Part shown: positions 59,709 through 64,000 of the stretch, in pieces
Position numbering within the stretch: the first letter of the stretch is position 1
Layout: the number at the start of each line of letters is the position of its first letter
Assembly: GCA_027296625.1 (NCBI GenBank)
Contig: JAPUIX010000153.1
Span: forward strand, 8,034 to 72,033
Length of the DNA stretch: 64,000 bases
DNA from: Gammaproteobacteria bacterium
Lineage (GTDB): Bacteria > Pseudomonadota > Gammaproteobacteria > JAKEHO01
Direction of reading: 5' to 3'
Notes under the pieces: generated by a model
What the model was told of the DNA's origin: nothing
Database searches by the model: none
The model's input: the letters and a program-made list of their open reading frames with translations, nothing else
Translations under genes and position numbers: made by a program

Positions 59709-62700
59709 ACCTTCCACGGTTTGCGCTTACCCATCGGTCCGTCGTCCTTGCCTTTGTAGGCATCCTTCTTAGCGTCGGTCTCTTCAACTTCACAACCATG
59801 TCTCGCCGTGAGGATCCGGAGATTACTATCCGTGACGCCCTGGTCATCACCAGTTGGCCAGGGGCTCCCGCCACTAAGGTGGAGGAGCTCATCACAGATC
59901 CCCTGGAGAAGGCCATCGCTGAGATCGCGGAAGTCGACGAGATCAAGTCCATCTCGTTGGTGGGCCTCTCAATAATTGAAGTAACCGTCGATGACAACGT
60001 GAGCAATACAGACCAGGTATGGGACGACGTGCGCGCTAAAGTGCAACCCGTTCGGACTAGGTTACCCCAGGGTACGAATCCCCCTTTTGTTAATTCTGAC
60101 TATGGAGATGTGTATGCGGTTGTGCTCGCCCTGTACCAAATACCGATCCCCGGACAAGATCGAATTGAGCGACCATACACACCACGCCAGCTTGAGATCT
60201 TTGCGGAACTAATCGAAGACGAGCTCGAGCTCATCCCATCAGTAGCCAAGGTGGAGTTCTGGGGAGTGCAACCCGAGCGTATCTACGTTGAAGTCGACAG
60301 CGCTGACTGGGCGAAGATCAACGTGACTGCCAGTCAGCTTCGAGACATTTTTGAAGCACGAAATATAGTTGAACCTGGTGGCGAATTGGACACGGACCGC
60401 GTGCGATACGCAGTCGTTCCGACCGGCGAGTTTACCTCGGTAACCCAGATGAACGAGCTTGTTGTGAGCCGTCTCGATGGCAACCTACCGGTGCGCCTTG
60501 GTGACCTGCCCATTCGTATCGAGCGGCGCTACGAAGAGCCGCCTCGAACCTTAACCCGGTTCACAGATCCAGAAACGCCGCACCAGCCTTCTTTAGTGCT
60601 CGGCATCGCGATGAAAAGTGGCCGTAACGTCGTTGAGATGGGCCAGACGGTAGATGCGGTGCTCACTCGCCTGCAGGACCTTGTGCTCCCACCCGACATT
60701 CAACTCACACACATCAATGATCTGCCCCGACAGGTCAATACTCGGCTTCAGGATTTCCAGAAAAATCTGCTCCTTGGCGCGATTATCGTCCTCGGTGTTG
60801 CCCTAGTAACAATGGGATGGCGCCCCGCACTTATCATGGCTACCGCCGTGCCGCTGTCCATGATCTGTGCTTTCGCGGTAGTTCCGATTTTTGGAATCGA
60901 ATTGGAGCAGTTTTCGATCGCAGCCCTGATCATCGCGCTTGGCATGGTGGTGGACAACGCTATCGTGGTTTCCGACAACACGTTCCGTCTCATTCGGGCA
61001 GGCATGCCCAAACAGGAAGCCGCCATCAAGGGCGCCCAGAATCTCGCTATACCTATTTTGACGTCGACATTGACCACAATATTCGCATTTCTCCCCATGT
61101 TGACGATCATTGGCAACGTCGGGGAGTATGTGGGGAGTCTCCCGGTGGTCGTTGCAGTCACTCTCGCCTCAAGTTTCTTCGTAGCGCTTCTGGTGACGCC
61201 GATCATGAGCGCGTGGCTACTGAAGCCCCCAGCCGTTGATAAGAGGCAGGCGCCGCAAGAGTCACCCGTAGGTCCACCGCTATATGATCGAATCATAAGT
61301 TGGTCACTGGAGCGCAAGGGAATCGTACTGGGCTCTGCCCTGACGGTATTCGCCGGGAGCCTCCTCCTGCTTCCGATCATCGGGTCCCAATTCTTCCCAT
61401 CGGCGCTTCGCGATCAGTTCTTTGTCAAGGTTTGGCTGCCCGAAGGTTCACCTATCGCTATGACGGCTGACATCGCCAAGCACGTCGAACAGATACTTCT
61501 CGAGACAAGCCCAGTTATTAAAGACGGTTTGAAAGAAGAGCGCCTTGCTAATGTGGTCAGCTTCGTGGGTACGGGAGGTCCACGCCTCATACTGACCCAA
61601 GCGCCTGAGTACGACTATCCGTACTTTGCATTCCTACTTGTGAATACGACAGATTCAAAATACACCAAGGAATACGCCAAGGACATCCGCCGAGAAGTAG
61701 CTAAGATCCACCAAGCGCGCATTACCGTTGACCTTTATATGTTAGGACCTCCGATTAAAGATCCGGTAGCGTTTCGTTTGAGTGGCCCAGATGCCGATAT
61801 ATTAAGAAAAAAAAGCCGAGACATGATCAAGATTTTTAAAAAGACCCCTGGCACGGATGGCCCCTATAGCAACTGGGGAGCTACCGGATACCAGGTCGAA
61901 GTGAAGATCAACCCGTATGCTGCCAATCTCGCTGGTGTTACCAACGCTGATGTCGCGTTGACAACAAAATCGCTACTCTCTGGCGCACACCTAACCACCT
62001 ATCGCGAGGGAGATCATCTCGTGCCCGTTGTGCTGAGAACACTGCGCGAGAAACGCAAGGATCTAAATGATCTGTCCGGAATCTTTGTGAACGGAGCGTT
62101 TGGCAAGGTGCCTCTGGCCTCCGTCGCCAAAGTCGTGCCAACTTGGAAACCGGCAGTTGTGGCGCGCCGTAACAACATACCCACAGTCACTGTAGGTTCA
62201 CGGGTTGACGAAGGCATTCTCGCCAACACCATTGCCTCACGCATCAAGCCTCGCCTGGAGGAAATGGTCGCGGCCATGCCTGTTAGCTACCGACTCGAAC
62301 AGGGTGGCGAACAGGAAGAGACTGCTAAAGCCCAATCGCAAGTCGTTCGCGCGATTGGCATTGCGATGGTGTTGATAATCCTCGTGCTGACTGTGCAGTA
62401 CAACTCATTTCTCAAACCTCTGATCATTCTCATCACGATTCCGTTGGCCATGATCGGTGTGCTAATTGGACTGCTGATCACGGGCTGGGCAATGGGATTT
62501 ATGGCAATGCTCGGAGTACTCGCTCTGGCAGGCATCGTTATCAATAACGCCATCATTCTTATTGATTTTATCGAAACCAGAGTAGCCGATGGTCAATCAT
62601 TGCGCACTGCTGTGACTGAGGCAGGCCGATTACGTATGCGCCCGATCATACTGACAAGTCTCACCACGATTGGTGGATTACTACCACTTTCACTATTTGG

Positions 62701-62830
62701 CGGCGCCCTTTGGGCCCCTATGACCAATGGAATGATATTTGGCTTGATCTTGTCAACGGTGTTAACACTTGTCGTCGTGCCGACACTCTATGTCACGTTC
62801 GCAGAGAAGTTTAATATGAAGGTCGTGTAG
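59705..62830 (+). CDS. RND efflux permease (HAE1/AcrB family)
   Basis: 1041 aa, 12 TM helices with two large periplasmic loops. AcrB-like organisation. Confidence 0.85.
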   Translation: MNLPRFALTHRSVVLAFVGILLSVGLFNFTTMSRREDPEITIRDALVITSWPGAPATKVEELITDPLEKAIAEIAEVDEIKSISLVGLSIIEVTVDDNVSNTDQVWDDVRAKVQPVRTRLPQGTNPPFVNSDYGDVYAVVLALYQIPIPGQDRIERPYTPRQLEIFAELIEDELELIPSVAKVEFWGVQPERIYVEVDSADWAKINVTASQLRDIFEARNIVEPGGELDTDRVRYAVVPTGEFTSVTQMNELVVSRLDGNLPVRLGDLPIRIERRYEEPPRTLTRFTDPETPHQPSLVLGIAMKSGRNVVEMGQTVDAVLTRLQDLVLPPDIQLTHINDLPRQVNTRLQDFQKNLLLGAIIVLGVALVTMGWRPALIMATAVPLSMICAFAVVPIFGIELEQFSIAALIIALGMVVDNAIVVSDNTFRLIRAGMPKQEAAIKGAQNLAIPILTSTLTTIFAFLPMLTIIGNVGEYVGSLPVVVAVTLASSFFVALLVTPIMSAWLLKPPAVDKRQAPQESPVGPPLYDRIISWSLERKGIVLGSALTVFAGSLLLLPIIGSQFFPSALRDQFFVKVWLPEGSPIAMTADIAKHVEQILLETSPVIKDGLKEERLANVVSFVGTGGPRLILTQAPEYDYPYFAFLLVNTTDSKYTKEYAKDIRREVAKIHQARITVDLYMLGPPIKDPVAFRLSGPDADILRKKSRDMIKIFKKTPGTDGPYSNWGATGYQVEVKINPYAANLAGVTNADVALTTKSLLSGAHLTTYREGDHLVPVVLRTLREKRKDLNDLSGIFVNGAFGKVPLASVAKVVPTWKPAVVARRNNIPTVTVGSRVDEGILANTIASRIKPRLEEMVAAMPVSYRLEQGGEQEETAKAQSQVVRAIGIAMVLIILVLTVQYNSFLKPLIILITIPLAMIGVLIGLLITGWAMGFMAMLGVLALAGIVINNAIILIDFIETRVADGQSLRTAVTEAGRLRMRPIILTSLTTIGGLLPLSLFGGALWAPMTNGMIFGLILSTVLTLVVVPTLYVTFAEKFNMKVV

Positions 62831-62910
62831 TCGTGAACGAGGGGATCTGATAGCTCTGGTGTAGTTATCACCTAAGTTCAGTTAACAACACACATCATTC
62901 CTTTTGGAAC

Positions 62911-63402
62911 TTGCCACAAATGGAAATGAACAGAATTGGATTAACAATACTGGTTTTATTTTTGCTCCTACAAGGTTGTAATTCACCCGAGTCCAACACT
63001 TCTCAGCCTGAGTCCAATAGTGTTCAGGTTGGACCAAGTAACCTTAACACGATCGCAGGCATCGAGTGGCGCCTTACTCAGATGATCGTAAATAATGATG
63101 GTGTCCCGTTACTCCCTGATGCTACCGTCACGTTCTTATACACTGGTGATGGGAAGGTGGCGGGATCAGCGTCGATCAACCGTTACTTCGGAAACCTTGA
63201 GATGAGTAAAGACGGTAATATCACCTGGAGCGAGCCCGGATTCGGCACAACCTTGATGGCTGGGCCGCCGGAGCTCATGAGCCAAGAAACGAAGTTCCTG
63301 AAATCCCTGAAATCTGTTCAACAGATGTACCTGAAAGACTCAACCCTTACCATGGAGAGCGATGATAGATCAGTTTATCTCGTATTTGTAAAGGATACCT
63401 AA
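62911..63402 (+). CDS. META domain lipoprotein (HslJ-like)
   Basis: Lipobox LLLQGC. META/DUF306 pattern (IEWRLTQM...GSASINRYFG...TWSEPGFGTTLMAGPPELMSQETKFLKSL). Confidence 0.6.
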   Translation: MPQMEMNRIGLTILVLFLLLQGCNSPESNTSQPESNSVQVGPSNLNTIAGIEWRLTQMIVNNDGVPLLPDATVTFLYTGDGKVAGSASINRYFGNLEMSKDGNITWSEPGFGTTLMAGPPELMSQETKFLKSLKSVQQMYLKDSTLTMESDDRSVYLVFVKDT

Positions 63403-63475
63403 TCAAGACAATTTGCCTGGGGTCACCTAATATCAGCGCATCCAAAACCTAGATGGCTGCAAGCGTTTCCCTGCG

Positions 63476-63874
63476 TTATGTAGCCCGCGCGCGCCCTATC
63501 ACATAACACAGCAAACCCAAGATCCCTAGCGCCATCCACTGGTAGATAGGTAGGAAAAGAAAGACCAAACCACCCTGTGCATCGATGTGGATAAAGACCG
63601 TGTCAATGAGTAAGGCAAGGGTGAGCCCGCAGATTAGAACCGTCCCACCCAGGATCGTCAGGACCGACACTCGATCATCGACCGCCTTGTTGCTTAACAA
63701 CCAAAGTATCACATAAGGTGAGGCGGCCCAGGCAAGGAAAACCCCCAAAAGGATATAGCCAGCAATATTTTGATATGCATAATTATCGCCCCAGGGTTGG
63801 GCTGAATAGACCATAAGTCCCATCGTCACGAGCAGTGACAGAATCGTGATGAGCTTCGCGAGTGTTTTGGCCAA
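63476..63874 (-). CDS. hypothetical membrane protein
   Basis: 132 aa, 4 TM helices. Confidence 0.45.
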   Translation of the reverse strand: MAKTLAKLITILSLLVTMGLMVYSAQPWGDNYAYQNIAGYILLGVFLAWAASPYVILWLLSNKAVDDRVSVLTILGGTVLICGLTLALLIDTVFIHIDAQGGLVFLFLPIYQWMALGILGLLCYVIGRARAT

Positions 63875-64000
63875 GTGGTGCGGGATCGAACTAGGTTATT
63901 CAGTCGGTTGGCGTGTCACCCAAATGTGGGGCGTTGAGTTATCTCCCGTACTGCATCGACAATTCCTTTGACAGTTTCTCTGCCTCATCGATTTGCTCTG

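Noticed and set aside
1-64000. Mobile elements, prophage, CRISPR arrays, rRNA/tRNA genes
   Set aside because: No transposase/integrase/recombinase-like ORFs, no regularly spaced direct repeats, and no rRNA or tRNA signatures were found anywhere in the window.

Overview
This is a 64-kb chromosomal segment from what looks like a gammaproteobacterium, at moderate GC. It is densely coding and mostly housekeeping plus envelope genes. I see no transposase, integrase, CRISPR array, rRNA or tRNA.

Recognisable core gene blocks:
- The classic surE-pcm-nlpD-rpoS stationary-phase cluster sits at 83-3385 on the minus strand, followed by argF and argD.
- A gloB / YafS-like methyltransferase / rnhA / dnaQ block (8.6-11.5 kb) has the Pseudomonas-type gene order and is followed by aas.
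- Other recognisable genes include grxD, nfi, apt, putP, fkpA and an RND efflux pair (periplasmic adaptor plus HAE1 permease) at the 3' end.

The most interesting content, all inferred from domain-level recognition:
- A tight run of 8 co-directional genes (27356-35751): ABC ATPase, double-FtsX permease, AttH/CrtC-like lipocalin protein, rhomboid protease, GT2 glycosyltransferase, phosphatase-like protein, nucleosidase-like protein and a clear spore-photoproduct-lyase (SplB) radical SAM homolog.
- A second pcm copy carrying a signal peptide, apparently in an operon with an 821-aa polytopic membrane protein that has an embedded spermidine-synthase-like domain (14347-17655).
- A fusion of a DCC thiol-disulfide oxidoreductase domain to a lipase-maturation-factor-like membrane domain, immediately upstream of an exported SGNH esterase (39563-42118).

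Smaller oddities:
- A gene split by a single in-frame TAG (49671-50117).
- A GC-rich, apparently degraded region (48418-48978).
- A start-less ORF remnant (24986-25261).
- A roughly 530-bp intergenic island with a repeated TATATATAGG-containing motif.
- Tandem DoxX paralogs.
- Archaeal-flavoured DUF99 and Mth938-like proteins.
- An exported acetolactate decarboxylase.

All calls come from reading the supplied ORF translations and the sequence by eye. No database searches were run.
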